Shown in pieces: positions 33,601 through 43,300 of a stretch of DNA of 64,000 bases. The notes beneath the pieces are model-generated. The model saw nothing but the letters and a program-made list of their open reading frames with translations, did not search any database and was not told the origin of the DNA. Source of the stretch: Monocercomonoides exilis PA203. Its lineage: Eukaryota > Protista > Preaxostyla. Numbering within the stretch: position 1 is the stretch's first letter; each line of letters starts with the position of its first letter. Location: contig LSRY02000057.1 of NCBI GenBank assembly GCA_001643675.2, positions 460,288 to 524,287 of the forward strand, read 5' to 3'. The position numbers and the translations under genes are program-made.

Positions 33601-36499
33601 CGAGATCACTTGGAGAATGATGAAGAGAAGAAGAAGAGAGGCAAAGAAATTGGAGAGGAAGCAAATGCGAACAGAACTTATGAGAAGACAGAGAGAACAA
33701 GAGCTGATGGAAAGAGAGGACATTAAAGAACAAAAGAAAAAAGCAGGCTCTCATTTAGCAGGATCTGAAGTTCCACGCCAAGTTCAGGAAGGCAGAAACG
33801 AAACTGTTGGTGCTGTATCTCAAAATGACAATCAGGTGAACATTGAAAATCTAAGCAGCAAAGAATTAGTGAGCACAAATCTATCAGTACGCCGGGAGGT
33901 GGACGTTGTTGAGAGCGAAACAGAAAGTGAAAGCGATTCATCTGACTTGGAATGGATAGACTTTGATGAGTTCAGATTTCCTTATCTTCCTTCACCGTCT
34001 CTCTTTGACTCTCCTGTACACACGGCACAACCGACGCCAACTATTTCACCAGCTCCTGCACAGAAAGCAAATGTAGACACACAAATTGAATCAGTTCCTA
34101 AGCCTCAATCGTCAGATGCATCAAATCAACAAGCATCTTCACTTGGAAAGGAAGGTACTGTATCAGAAAGAAAAGAAGAGAAACCGGAAATTATCTCATC
34201 AACTTCAACACAACAATCAACCGAATCTCAGCAGACGAAAACTAACAATGCAAATTTAGTTAAAGTCAATGAAGAAGTTTCTAAACAACCTGAAACAACT
34301 CCAAAGCGATTGTCAGCCAAGATGCTTCAGGCGATGGATGTGGAAGAACAACGAGAAAGGGAAGAAATAAAGGCAAAACTCGGATGGCGCGAGAGGAGAA
34401 CAGACGAATCATCCAGCTCGTATGGCGGAGGAGCTGGAGAAAGAGGAGAAGAGCACAGGCGAGGAAGAGGGAGAGGACGAGGAAGAGGAGATCATAGAAG
34501 AGGATCGAGCACGAGGGATGGAGATCGAGCAAGGGTTAGAGGAAGCGGAAGAGGAGCATTTTCAAATCAGATGGATCATGCAAATCGTTCTGCCTCAGAA
34601 ACAGCTGTCATGTGGATGAAAAAGAGGATTCGAGAAAGAGAGTTTCTTTTGGAATCAGACGCATGGGCTGCAACAGAAGAAGCACTTCACATGAACCCAT
34701 TTGCTGAGGAGACCATATTCCAAGTTGGCAATGACTTGACAGATGAACACAAATACACAGCAATTGACGAAGCCAACATGAAAGAAGATTTAGAAAGTCA
34801 AAAATTGATTGATATGTTTAAAACCACTCAAATTGAAAAATCAGGCGATCTGTCTGGAATGCAAACTTCTCCAGGTGAGGAGAACAAAGAAACAGAAGAA
34901 AAAACACGAGGACGAAGAGGGAGAGGAAAAAGAGGGAGAGGAAGAGGAAGACTTCGGGGAAGAAGAGGAGGAAGTGAAATGGAAAATGATTTAACAGGCA
35001 ATGATATGAATGCGGAAATTATGAGCGAAGAAGACACAGAAAGGATGATGATGAGCGTATTTGATCAACAATGCAAGCCAGATGCTTCAGGCGGTTTCCC
35101 AGAGCCATCGACATTTTTAAATCAAGGAATTTCAACTGGATATGAATTTGCAGACTTCAGTCCAAGTTCGTTTAATTTACCAATTGAGGGAGTTAAAGAA
35201 AGGCTTGGGGCATCAGCTGGAAAAGGTTATCAAGTTAATGAAATCAGCGAAGTCGGTGCAATGATGCCAAAGATTGAAGAGCAACAATTTATAAACGCTC
35301 CATTTGCAAGATGGGATTCAAATAAAATGCTAATACCAGAAGAAGAAGTATTTGGTGCGCCCATGTTAACTGGCGACGCATTTGGGAGATCTCTGTCTGT
35401 CGATGCTGGTGAAAGATGGTTGCGTTGGAGAGGATCCGTGAATGAAGAAGACGGTGATTGGTTGACAAATGAATTCTCGATTAATTCATGGGGTGATGGC
35501 AGCGGTAATCAGATCAAAGAATTTGAGCCTGATAATTCGAAGGACTCTCTGACGGAGCAAAACGACTCTGATAATTTGGAACATGGCCGCTGGGTTGAAG
35601 GGGAAGAAGAGAAATGGCAGAGAAGGAGAAGATTTGTTCAACACGAAGAAGCAACTTCTGTTCACACAGCTATTGGAAGTCACTTAATTAGCACTCAACA
35701 TAATCCCCATGAAGTTCATATGCCTGCAGCTTTCACTACATCTTCAACTTTGCCATCAAATCAACTGCTTCCAATTACGAGTATCATTGGAGGAAGAGGG
35801 AGTTGGGGAATGCGATGGAGGGAAAGCGGAAGAGGAAAGTGGCGCGAGCGTCAAGAAAACAGAAGAGCATTCAGAGAACGAAAGGAGTGGGGAATATGGG
35901 GAACAATGGATAAGAGAGAACGAAGAATGGCTGAATTGGGTGTAATTATGGAAGAGGAAGTTGATGGAGATGAATTTGCGCAAATGGATGAATATGAAGA
36001 TGAATACATCGAAGGAGACTTTCAATCCGAATCCCTTCCTTATCTCTCAGATAGAGTTGGAAGATCAACCGGAGAAAGAGATATCACTGAATTTGACAGT
36101 GAAAAAGATTTTGGACAATCTTATGATGCAGAAAAGCATGGGAGCAAGACAAATGCAGGAGTAACGAGTTTTTATTCCCACGTGAAACAGAGCAATAAAG
36201 AGTTATTTGAAGGAAAAGAGAACTCTTTGAACGAAAAATTGCGTAGAAGCAAAACACGTATGAAACGAAGTCGCATGAATTTTCCTGAGAACAAGTCTCA
36301 TCCTTCAAAATCAACATTTGATGGAGAGAGTTTGAATGATGAAGCTTCAAAAATAGCTCATTTTAGTGGCTTCTCAAAAGGAAGGGGAAAAGAAAATGAT
36401 CGGGAAAAGAGGAAAAGAGGAAGAGGAAGAAGAAGAGGAGGCGGAAGAGGAAGAGGAAACAATCAGGATGAACTTAACGTAGCGAATCAGAAAACTTGA
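24665..36499 (+). CDS. Giant intronless Trf4/Trf5 (PAPD5/7, TENT4)-type non-canonical poly(A) polymerase, ~3944 aa
   Basis: ELQDFTKFMSPT..EY.FR..VV; VYGSMTTGLYLPQGDADL (GS and DxD); ARVPVVK...ISVDVS (third Asp); LRPLLLFLKVFL...EPYTGGMGSYLL; LGVLLFTFFHLY..FPY; LCVEDPQHPSVNIG (nucleotide-recognition motif); TILSRL. First ATG at 24665. Confidence 0.93.
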   Translation: MDEKLIDSVQTTCCKNRTYLHSYLRPTSISRTIYLCPNPSLIFTEFDLQKAYTLSFPAMEENSNDIISSYLSSIKKEIYENYPWAISSFFSYIDAKDPMDALTFELQDFTKFMSPTLTEYLFRRHVVDRVSRVVNDCWPKAQLHVYGSMTTGLYLPQGDADLSILGLPNGLPQFRIQNRNKILPLTPHLYFQDLMGFDRKKECLSSPRQVSFTQTISSLLATASSISKNSNFQPSSLRNTSAPFSPPSSAISPNLSSSSMAHSIFSPMTNQQMVVASLLHLSHNLSSHPEAKDVVCLSNARVPVVKHIDVTGDISVDVSAGAADGIINSWLVRLWVVGTEEAAESGSEETAPEDQAPHAPNDAMETRNSQLSNENGNCPLTVANPKPTRTLSPIVFDAAPVPLEGMEQTNNKKKERENTASDELSLTTDTLMPSFVNAGNAQTLEHENTNQNEKQQQNQQQPQPQPQPQPQPQPQLQPQKTTQSFQAAQPALTANPTGSKQTAPDTKSDSSCASANNIPFSSALRPLLLFLKVFLISQRVSEPYTGGMGSYLLTLLVVSHFQMWSRNYGQERKNRQAKRQSQNQSQNQAPFQTQNTTKTTEQASIDQQPPSLGVLLFTFFHLYALRFPYRTHGISVRGRGFYFTRDTWQREKEKSREKEREWEQSVREIAEIVEYKDSALPFRADSPWRDATEHKDLQTERGNIFSDVAVERERDGDRERIVEWRDRMQCDGIKPPPLSVFNNRSVLEEMAVPSLSRSSSSSSSSSSNDDELLSEAALPDKSFDPHSTSEPSAFSQKDQMHSFQSSACDTTTNAAVNINTTPTKQHNLIYQQSFTPTSNRSLSSSPSSSPTRSHHHSRARSPFLCVPYSTLPVSTSVLSAAIPLTLCVEDPQHPSVNIGATCWNFSAVHSAFVAGLWALMAPWELWKRKKECELQDELIASLPIKDTNTDVNTNSVCEEVMIQNRRNAQNENQNNGIDSVVLSSSKEDDVPQQLNNDNNTHNNSISSPANQTSDNTPKHNHSSTHSQQQVECCCRFPSSSLAGSSQLPPLSPPLPSLTSPPPEFTALLPLPLASSAHPSTNTSLPFTSSRSPAAFTAPPVPLDSPFTRSTSSSTTHATSTTTTTSSSSLASSLSSSSSSSLTSSPNHHPPVISSKHPTILSRLASLTPAFTQWRSELNGRVWKDMEAEWDELCETHREALRKEMMEMEKKKNAKREKTRRKRMERKMKLRQKELLSLIDTQQKTAEGAVASSDRENGAAIKTDKGNDTTIESSASKDKSSEHSLVVLVDRNTQEKMADEESNNQQNSRNSTPLLTKTSQVNGNEEEGDDSDKSDMCDGDDASSFSSAVSGAFSVVSSRSVTPSGTPRKKRRRRRRSKKRLEQLETNNKEIVGNLNYSVDANESASVGEAGNVSESSNSVFIQPQTHSSNHTDIHSEHSNASQMEFLRQKLELLQNAGSDQESVSSCSSEHSSAAPSSFAFTNSKADIQTPPNSIVSSAESFEGTSSDAADEAKDLNTISIHCESLTITQPSKQTTSTNSSSSSHNISSSTQALPPAPLSSSSSSSSSSSSNSSSSLSHSVQKSSSSSSRSSSSPNSVPFAPIPRRVPPLLPPTANHSTSFSISRLASSSPTLSFPSQNGSPLITQSQQLSPQLPPTSSTQPPSLQSLQSLPSLSSSPSAASFALPPLPSSPSIKRRAASPLSSSLPLTHRSVSPLPSTSQQAFHLYSSHSSATAPSTSATSPSSSLPNNANNSVSFHQVSVPSLSISSSSTSPSSSSSFSSSFFPSSSSSSSSNSRSSSPSLLSCMSNGRYSSSPTPSTASSSGASMSPPLTPSSLNTYQSGMTSPSSPSCMTPTVYSPSFPPLSSYLSQLAQTIVADSHAFDEENADILLADFFASTTPSAHSEEFQRKGTKENGEAGKQSCSQNENSYLANDGAAAGIDFGVSQGMNYSQSPFHLFEETKKASKGDGMTNEDIISMSPRSAFVSLRAQTTQNNGISLQSTTNNATTNTSKQSSTATTAQTASSNASMPSSSSSSSSSSSSQLFTSVLSDCFPFEPLFAPRHRLQFDPNALVIESETQLYPSSFTPYLFPTFAPIPKIPRPLAIEPVTLTPNSLAPINRPPISSPPPLFSLTPNSFSPAPTSSPPPSFSPFAFSVSSQLQSSLHQWQLALPRRPFSFAAQRLVSHPFFAPVLESLISSAYSRSSGAKGDAMNSSQQNISSSRNADAQTSNQIQTQTQNIPSSSSSSSSSISSSSLQQTIPKSEKTIDSPNDSTSHPAIASSPLPIFSPTTIVKPLPITLNPTTPPFQPRGRLPVASTPSLLSSSSAAPSSSSPPAVDPSFSPFISQSFPDPVKSPPTSRSASLTSQTINQPPTKQPPLLLTVTQFPSVSHITVSNRQSSPAASSSPSFSSSSSSSSAVSPSPSPVSSPSRNSSKNLIKKQASNSSQYSSTSQALSFQLLDPSPPPSPLSMLSSQSSNTPTKTAASAGHSKLAQQTEQHSNTSASSSSVSASQSSNSTSYSSIAASSTVSTTNKKASNNQPETVSVPKVVKTLSAESVPFVPGSKKLSSIIASSQAQSNSSETLPASSSSASSSTQPAASAQPGSKTVYQTARKLDVNGAALAPLLPTPTPKFQVKLGANRTASVTTSFSSPNNSSSLPSAQSDAVASSESNGNYPSSLASSSPPPSEISSTNSATSSEEGGEAINVSSQTYTTNENEKDIKNTEEKQNILDSKIQSDNSQITVPEDSSSSMLSAAPSVSTAIAGKVAGNAHLPLSEHHIHHSLTPNSLAPIPPDEYEDNAEAEKEESDKQSSNEALSADSPLEYDIESDDYDTDDDDLSFVVEEKGEMLKEMFDEPESDNSPSPGSQQLRHLQRKDVRSTSPTLSLTLSLSDSSPPSSPIPADLSNLELSSTISQSHSRHRRHQQSLTNSPNTSSPSSFSFTPPLSSPNKKQTSTASDVQTTLLSDEALLFDLFDEADEITWRMMKRRRREAKKLERKQMRTELMRRQREQELMEREDIKEQKKKAGSHLAGSEVPRQVQEGRNETVGAVSQNDNQVNIENLSSKELVSTNLSVRREVDVVESETESESDSSDLEWIDFDEFRFPYLPSPSLFDSPVHTAQPTPTISPAPAQKANVDTQIESVPKPQSSDASNQQASSLGKEGTVSERKEEKPEIISSTSTQQSTESQQTKTNNANLVKVNEEVSKQPETTPKRLSAKMLQAMDVEEQREREEIKAKLGWRERRTDESSSSYGGGAGERGEEHRRGRGRGRGRGDHRRGSSTRDGDRARVRGSGRGAFSNQMDHANRSASETAVMWMKKRIREREFLLESDAWAATEEALHMNPFAEETIFQVGNDLTDEHKYTAIDEANMKEDLESQKLIDMFKTTQIEKSGDLSGMQTSPGEENKETEEKTRGRRGRGKRGRGRGRLRGRRGGSEMENDLTGNDMNAEIMSEEDTERMMMSVFDQQCKPDASGGFPEPSTFLNQGISTGYEFADFSPSSFNLPIEGVKERLGASAGKGYQVNEISEVGAMMPKIEEQQFINAPFARWDSNKMLIPEEEVFGAPMLTGDAFGRSLSVDAGERWLRWRGSVNEEDGDWLTNEFSINSWGDGSGNQIKEFEPDNSKDSLTEQNDSDNLEHGRWVEGEEEKWQRRRRFVQHEEATSVHTAIGSHLISTQHNPHEVHMPAAFTTSSTLPSNQLLPITSIIGGRGSWGMRWRESGRGKWRERQENRRAFRERKEWGIWGTMDKRERRMAELGVIMEEEVDGDEFAQMDEYEDEYIEGDFQSESLPYLSDRVGRSTGERDITEFDSEKDFGQSYDAEKHGSKTNAGVTSFYSHVKQSNKELFEGKENSLNEKLRRSKTRMKRSRMNFPENKSHPSKSTFDGESLNDEASKIAHFSGFSKGRGKENDREKRKRGRGRRRGGGRGRGNNQDELNVANQKT
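26045..26100 (+). repeat. (CAGCCT)n coding hexamer repeat encoding a QP tract
   Basis: Directly visible inside the poly(A) polymerase ORF. Confidence 0.9.
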
Positions 36500-37292
36500 G
36501 GTTAAGTGTTGTTCAGTACAGATCAAAACAGAGTTCTCTTGTTCATTTACTTTGGTAACCTTTTTTTAACATTTTTGAAAATTAGAATGTTTCATTTTTT
36601 GTGGAAAAGCAAACAATTAATGCTTCTTTTTGTATTATTTTATTAAATAAAGTTTATTGTTGTTATTTTTTCTTATTTCTGTTTTTGATTTAAGTTTGTT
36701 AAGAACCAACCGAATTATTTGCATTTATTTGAGAAAAGATACAGATAATGCGTGTCATTATTTTTAAAAATACATTTTCTCTTTTTAAATATAGGTTTGA
36801 GAGTTCACTTTTGTTATTGACAAATAAACACATAAATGTTTTATCTCCCTTCACAGTGAAATTTATCATGAACACAATCTCAAGCATCGTTCTTTTAAAC
36901 AATTATCAATATTATTTCTTTTGGATTAAAATGCATTTTCAAAGGAAAAAAAACATTTGATAAATCTTCACCCCGAAAAAAGTTATGATTTCAAAAATTA
37001 TCTCCAAAATTCATTATGCTCCAAACTTTTTCTGCTATTTTCTCACAAAATGCTATGTATTATCACACAAAAAAATCTTACAAAAAATGTTGTAAGTGAT
37101 ACAGATTCAAAAATGCTGCTTTTAATATAATTCTTTAAAACTTCAAAATACGTTCAATTTTCAACATAATTCTAACCTGAATGAAAAAAGGCAACGTCTT
37201 ATCCCAAACTATTTCAACTGTCAAATCATTATGATATAAAATTAATAAAGTGCCAATATGTGAAATAGTCTCATCTAATAGTTAAGTTTGTT

Positions 37293-38466
37293 AGCTGCTG
37301 AAAAGTGCTGATTGGCTTTCAGTACTTCAAAAAACCTTTTTTACATGTTCAACAAAATTTGTTCACAATTTGTTTTTTTTATTTTTGCTTATTACACATT
37401 GAGAAATTTCGTTTTTTTGTGAAATTTGAAAGGACTTTTACCAGCCAACCAGGCAACTCCCTAAAAATAAATGACTCGTTTTGAATAGCGTTTACTTTTC
37501 AAGATTTATTTTATAAATTCTTTTTTGAACGAACAATTTTTTTCATTTTATTTTTTCGTTTCATTTTTATAACATTACATTAAAGCAAATTTATTTATTT
37601 CGTTGCAAATATTATGAAAAGAGATAATTAAATAAAAATATTTATATGTATATTTGACTAAATATTTCACTTCATGCATTTTCATATAAATATTATGCAC
37701 ATTTCATTGATTTTTTCAGATCAAAAAACTCAATAAAAATGTGTCCATTTTCTGACATACTCGAAATGTCACAATTCTCTATGTTTTGATTTCGAAGATG
37801 CCTGCTTTCGGATATGAAAATCATATTTATTTTGAAATCTGAGAAAGCAAAACGATGTCATGAGCTGAGCAATTTTTCGATGCCCAGTGCAAAAAAGCTT
37901 GAAAGTCTGTATTTTCCCCTATATCAAAAATAATAAACATTCCTTTAGTGAATTGTGTAAAAAGGGATTCATTTTAGTGATGTGTTTGTCTCCAGCTTAA
38001 CTTCATAACAAAATTTTGATTATTAATAAAAATAAATTGGTATCATTTGTCCTTTCTTGACAATAAGACATTTTTGATTCTCAACTTTTAATGTTCATCA
38101 TTATTTGATTATTAATTTTTCACATCATTTTATAACTTTTTTTTTTAAATTAACAAAGATATAAATAAATTTGCTTTAATGTAATGTTATAAAAATGAAA
38201 CGAAAAAATAAAACGAAAAAAATTGTTCGTTCAAAAAAGAATTTATAAAATAAATCTTGAAAAGTAAACGCTATTCAAAACGAGTCATTTATTTTTAGGG
38301 AGTTGCCTGGTTGGCTGGTAAAAGTCCTTTCAAATTTCACAAAAAAACGAAATTTCTCAATGTGTAATAAGCAAAAATAAAAAAAACAAATTGTGAACAA
38401 ATTTTGTTGAACATGTAAAAAAGGTTTTTTGAAGTACTGAAAGCCAATCAGCACTTTTCAGCAGCT
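37293..38466. mobile_element. Non-autonomous long-TIR (foldback/Mutator-like) element: 306-bp inverted arms 37293-37598 and 38161-38466
   Basis: The arms are almost perfect reverse complements (one mismatch seen). The 562-bp non-coding core contains the dispersed repeat. Confidence 0.85.
37656..37919 (+). repeat. Dispersed ~270-bp repeat, copy 3, nested inside the long-TIR element
   Basis: Co-linear similarity to 19317-19585 and 21012-21278. Confidence 0.85.
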
Positions 38467-38564
38467 GGCAGGCTTCAACAAAAAAAGTGCCAATTGGTGA
38501 TATCGTCTAATTTTTAAAGTTGAACCTAAATCATGTTTTCTCGTGCAAGAAAACGAAAGTTAAC

Positions 38565-38589
38565 AAAAAAAAAAAAAAAAAAAAAAAAA

Positions 38590-38617
<28 letters not shown>
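38565..38617. repeat. Poly-A run followed by (AAT)n
   Basis: Directly visible. Confidence 0.9.
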
Positions 38618-38620
<3 letters not shown>

Positions 38621-38924
38621 TAAGAAAAATAAAAAGACAATCTTGAGTGGTATAAAATTTTCTATTTATTATCTCTTTCTATTTTACAAAAACATGCCCC
38701 ATAAACAAAATATTTCTCACAAATGTCTTTTTTAGCATTCAGATTAAGCAAAGGGAAAGCTATAAAATTGGCTGCAGGGGTTTATAGCAATTTCAATTAT
38801 TAATTGTTGTTTCATTAAAATTAATTTTCATGCGGACAATTCACAATTTGCTTCCATTTTTTCATTTGTTTCAAAAAATGCGTTTCATTTTCATGATTTT
38901 ATTTGAATGTGACAGAACAAAAAA

Positions 38925-41900
38925 ATGAATGAAGAGAAAAGCAAATGTTTGCGATGATTGTTATTATAAATTAAGTTTCCAAAATTTCTGATATTCAACA
39001 GCTATTGACAGATTGGAGGAATTGACAAACAAATTGACGTTTGCACGTTTTCTCAATTAAAATTGCTTTTCCATTTTTTAGCAGCGGAACGACATTGACT
39101 AAACATCAGAACTTACTCGAAAGTTCAAATGAAATTCAAGACATTATCATGAAATACAAAGGAAAAATGGATGTGGTTCCTGCAAGCATTTTGCACTCAT
39201 TGATAAAAGCATGCAGCAGCGTTTTCAATTTCACAAATAATGAAGAAGAGATGAGAGTTTTTGCATCGATTTTAGAGATTATTTTAAATCCAGGATCATA
39301 TTCTAACAGCTTTTGCGCTTTAAAGCAAAAAAAAGTCTCAACCAATGCCAGAGAACAACATGAATTTCATAACTGGATAAATATAAGAAGGACTGTTGGA
39401 GTTTCATATTATTCAACATCGCCTCTTCTCCACGACATTATAAATGATGGAAAGGCTATTCCTGCAATTGTCAAACAGATCCAAGCATCTGAAAGCGATG
39501 AAACTTTGAGTGTTTTTGGGAAAATACTATTTCACTTTGCCAGATTGGCAGAAAAAGGAGAGTTCAACCTGATGGCTGAACAGGGGTTTTTTGACGGAAT
39601 TAAAATCCTTTTAGTTCAATGTGATTCGATTGATTGCCTGCATTTCACTCTTAGCGCAATTATACACTGCATGACGAGGCTTAAGCATTTGACGTACAAG
39701 CTTTGCACTGATATTTCGAAGGAACTAAGAAGTCTCGACTTTATACATGCGGTTCTTGCAATAGCGTTGGGTTTGCGAAAAAGAAGTCAGCTTCATGAAA
39801 AGAATGCAAAAGAGTATCAAAATTTCTACCTTTATTCCAGGATGCACAGCGAGGAAGAATTTATTTCAAAATACTTTTCAAATGACCATGGATGCGAAAT
39901 GACTCGAAGAAAGAAGACTAGGGAAACACAATCAAAGAAGAAAACAGCAACTCAAACAAAGAAAAACATCAAAAAAATGACAGACTCAAAACGAAAGCAG
40001 AAGAATCAAAAAATAGAAATGCCCAAAGGAGAAGAAGATTTGATAATTATCGAAGACGATAAATCGGGTGAATCATTTCTTTCCTCTTCTTCTTCGTCAA
40101 CAGCCACAGAACAGTGTTATGGAGACAGCAGCAATGAGAAACACGTTCGCCTTCCTCTGAATATTCGGCTTGAAGCAGCTCGAATTATTTTCTCTCTTGA
40201 CTTTTGTGGATATTCGACACTTGTTCCGAAGAGAATGCTGATGTTGCTGTCAGAAGGGCTGGAGCTGCCAGAAGGAGCTGAAGAGGAGTATTTGTCTCAG
40301 AAAACAAAAGAATTAAAAGAAAAAGAAATTGCAGAGAAGGAAGAGAAGAAGAGGATAGAAGAACTGGAAAAGAAAGCAGCAAAAAAGAAAAGGAAAAGAA
40401 AGTCTGAAAATTTGCCAGACAAATTAAATGAAAAAACCGAGGACAAAAAAGAGAAAGAAGAAAAAGAAGATAAAGACTGTTCCTACGCTGATACAATTGC
40501 AAATGCTGAAAGTTGTGATACTTGCAAGAAGAGCATCCCTTTGACAGCATGTGATACAACTGAAAACTTGAAGCAAGTTCAGGAAACTCTTTTATCACTG
40601 GCTCGTTTCTTTAAATTGAATGGTATGATTTCGGGAAAAGAAAAGCGAAGTTGTTTTGGTTTTTTTTTATGCTGTTCTTTTTTATTTGTATTTTTCCAGC
40701 TGCTTCTATGTGTGTTTTTTGTGTGTATTTGTTGGAAATATTCTTTTTATCTTTTTCTTCTTATCTTTGCAGTTAATCAACGCAGCAACAGCAGTTATCA
40801 AGAAATTCCAGAGCTTATATTAACAAAGCTATTTGATCGCTTGAATCGCCTGAAGAAGTATGACGGATGATTTCGGAAAGAAGAGAAATAAATTTATGTT
40901 TTTATTGTTAAATTTTTATTTGAATTTTCATTTTTTGGATAATAACACATTTTTTCACAACTCTTTGTTCTTTTGAAGTTTTCCATTGAATCGGTTCAAC
41001 ACTTTGGCTTGCAGCTGCATTGAACTGCTATTTTCGTTGATGCCTAATTCCATGCTTTTTCGTTGTTTGCCTTCTGTTGAAGAGCAGATCGTGTCTGATC
41101 TTTGCTTGATTGAAAAGGAGATGATAGAAGCAAAATCGAATGATTCAACACTTTCACAATCACCTATCGAATTTCTGAGCAATTCAGAAAACGACGAGTT
41201 GAGGTTAAATAAAATATTCCTATCATTTCCAAACGATCTTGGGATTTCTGCGTTGGAACCTTCCTTCGAGAATTGCCTGACAGCAAGTGATTACGACAAG
41301 TCACTTGAAAATTACATTTGTGCTCTTTCAGTAAGGGCAGCACTATCTTTTCGACACATTTCTAATTTCAACTTTGGACTTAACTTCGATGTGTTTATCC
41401 CACGTAACTATGAAGAAATCAATCTGCGTTCTCAGCAACTTCATTATTCATTGACAGCGTATCGTCTCAACCACAACACAAGCTGTATTTTGTCTGCAAT
41501 TAGTTCAAACCAGAGCTATGCAGATGAAATTATCCTCCGTCCATTTTTTAGATTTCTTATGTCCAAACTCTCGTACCGCTTTCCAGTGCGCGCTGCAGCT
41601 TCAGTTAAATATTCAGAGAACAGGCATTACTTTCTATCTTCTTTGGAGTCTGTGCCAATAACGATATGCGAAGCTGTGGCGATTGTTCTTATGAACACTG
41701 TGAAAGAGCTGCCATATGCGTTTGAGACGGGGTATGTGACGAGATTGCTGGAGTGGATGGCAGGCTTGTCACCTTGCTCTCCGGAGCTGCTCATGCATGG
41801 AATCATTCAGATTCGCGAAGCTGCCACCCTCTTCTCTCTGCCATCGCGCAAGATTCGCCTTGAGTTGGAGGGGTCTTCAAACGAAGAAATAAAAGGGATG

Positions 41901-42311
41901 AAAAATAAAACAATTTTTGAAAAGTACATGTTCAGAAGCAATTTTTGCAGAAACTGGAATGGGATCTCGAATTTGGAGATTGAAAAGTGCATTCCACATT
42001 CAATAATTTCAGGAGAGGAACTAAACAAGAATTCAGAATTCGAACTGTTAGATTTCACAGAAGATGAAGAGGAAGTGCAAAAGCAAGATGACACAGGAAC
42101 GCTTCTCTATTGCAGACTTGAAGATTTATTGGAAGAGACAGGAATAAGAGATCTATTGGAAACATTTCCTCAAGGCAGAAGTCTCGAGCCTTTTTGGATA
42201 ATGAAAGGAACAATTCCAACAAAGCCGAAAGACGACTTTAAAAGAACGTTCTACAATTTCAATTATGAAGTGTTGCAAAGAGGTCCAAATCTTCAAATGC
42301 GATCATCATGA
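38925..42311 (+). CDS. Hypothetical protein, ~1005 aa, 5 exons; probably alpha-helical (ARM-like) with K/E-rich insertions
   Basis: Exons 38925-38946, 39002-39038, 39082-40622, 40773-40857 and 40979-42311 join in frame (3018 nt). No diagnostic motif recognised. Confidence 0.75.
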
Positions 42312-42844
42312 ACATTCAAAGGATTCAAAGATTGTTTTGCGAAATATTTTATTTTATTGAAGAAATGTTTTATCGAATGAACAGCACGTTTCCATGAAGC
42401 ATTTTTGTTTTCAACGAAAAATCAAAGTTAAGCTGTTTTTATTGCAACAAAAATCAAACTGTTGATGAAGAGTTCTTTTTAATTTTTTTTTCAAAAGAAA
42501 TTATCCATTTTATTTGAAATGTTTTAACTTTTATTTGTCTTCATTTAATGATTTTTTGTTTGTAGCCCATGAACTTACAAGTTGATTAATTTTTACATTT
42601 ATGTTTTGTTCTCTGTTTATTGAAATGCATTCCGTTTTATTGTAAATTTATATGTATTGATGAAAACACTCCTTTCAATTGTTATTTGATTTCATAACTT
42701 CACATCAAAAGAAATTATTATTTTTAGAACAAATTTCTATATTTTTTCTTAAATTTTGCTAATTTGACATGAAAGTGAAAATAAAATAATATATAATAAA
42801 AAAACAAAATAACCAACAAAAACTGAGAATTCACAGCAACTTAT

Positions 42845-43300
42845 CTCAGATAGCATTCAACTCCTCGTCAGTTCACCCTGAAACGAAGCCATGGATCATA
42901 TTCTCAATGACATCTTCGCAAACAGTCCTGAAATTGAATCCATTTGGCTGCTTCAGAAGTGTCCTTGTTGCTCCTCCTCTCTCCTGCACTTTCGCCCTTT
43001 CAACATCTCCTTCTCTTTCTGCTCCGCTCACAAACATCTGCTGAGACTCTGGCAGCGCTGGTAGCTTTGCAAAGACAAACTCGCTCACTTTCATCGGCTT
43101 CAGCGGCAGCGCATGCGAAGAAGACAGCGCAGCAAACTGGCAGGGTTTCTTTAATGAGAGGCATTCGTGTGCCTACTGAAGGAAAGGATATGTTCCTGTC
43201 AGCTCTTTCATCATCTCCTCCAAAAGCTCCTCTGACGCTGTCCGGAACAGACTCAGTTGCTCAGCGTGACCTTCTTTCAGACAGGTCAAGAAAGGAAGCT
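42845..43300 (-). pseudogene. Degenerate coding fragment, possibly a gag-like remnant of a second retroelement in opposite orientation
   Basis: GC-richer stretch reading AEQLSLFRTASEELLEEMMKELTGTYPFLQ*AHEC...MKVSEFVFAKLP... with in-frame stops. It lies next to sequence related to the 3' end of the DIRS element. Confidence 0.35.
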
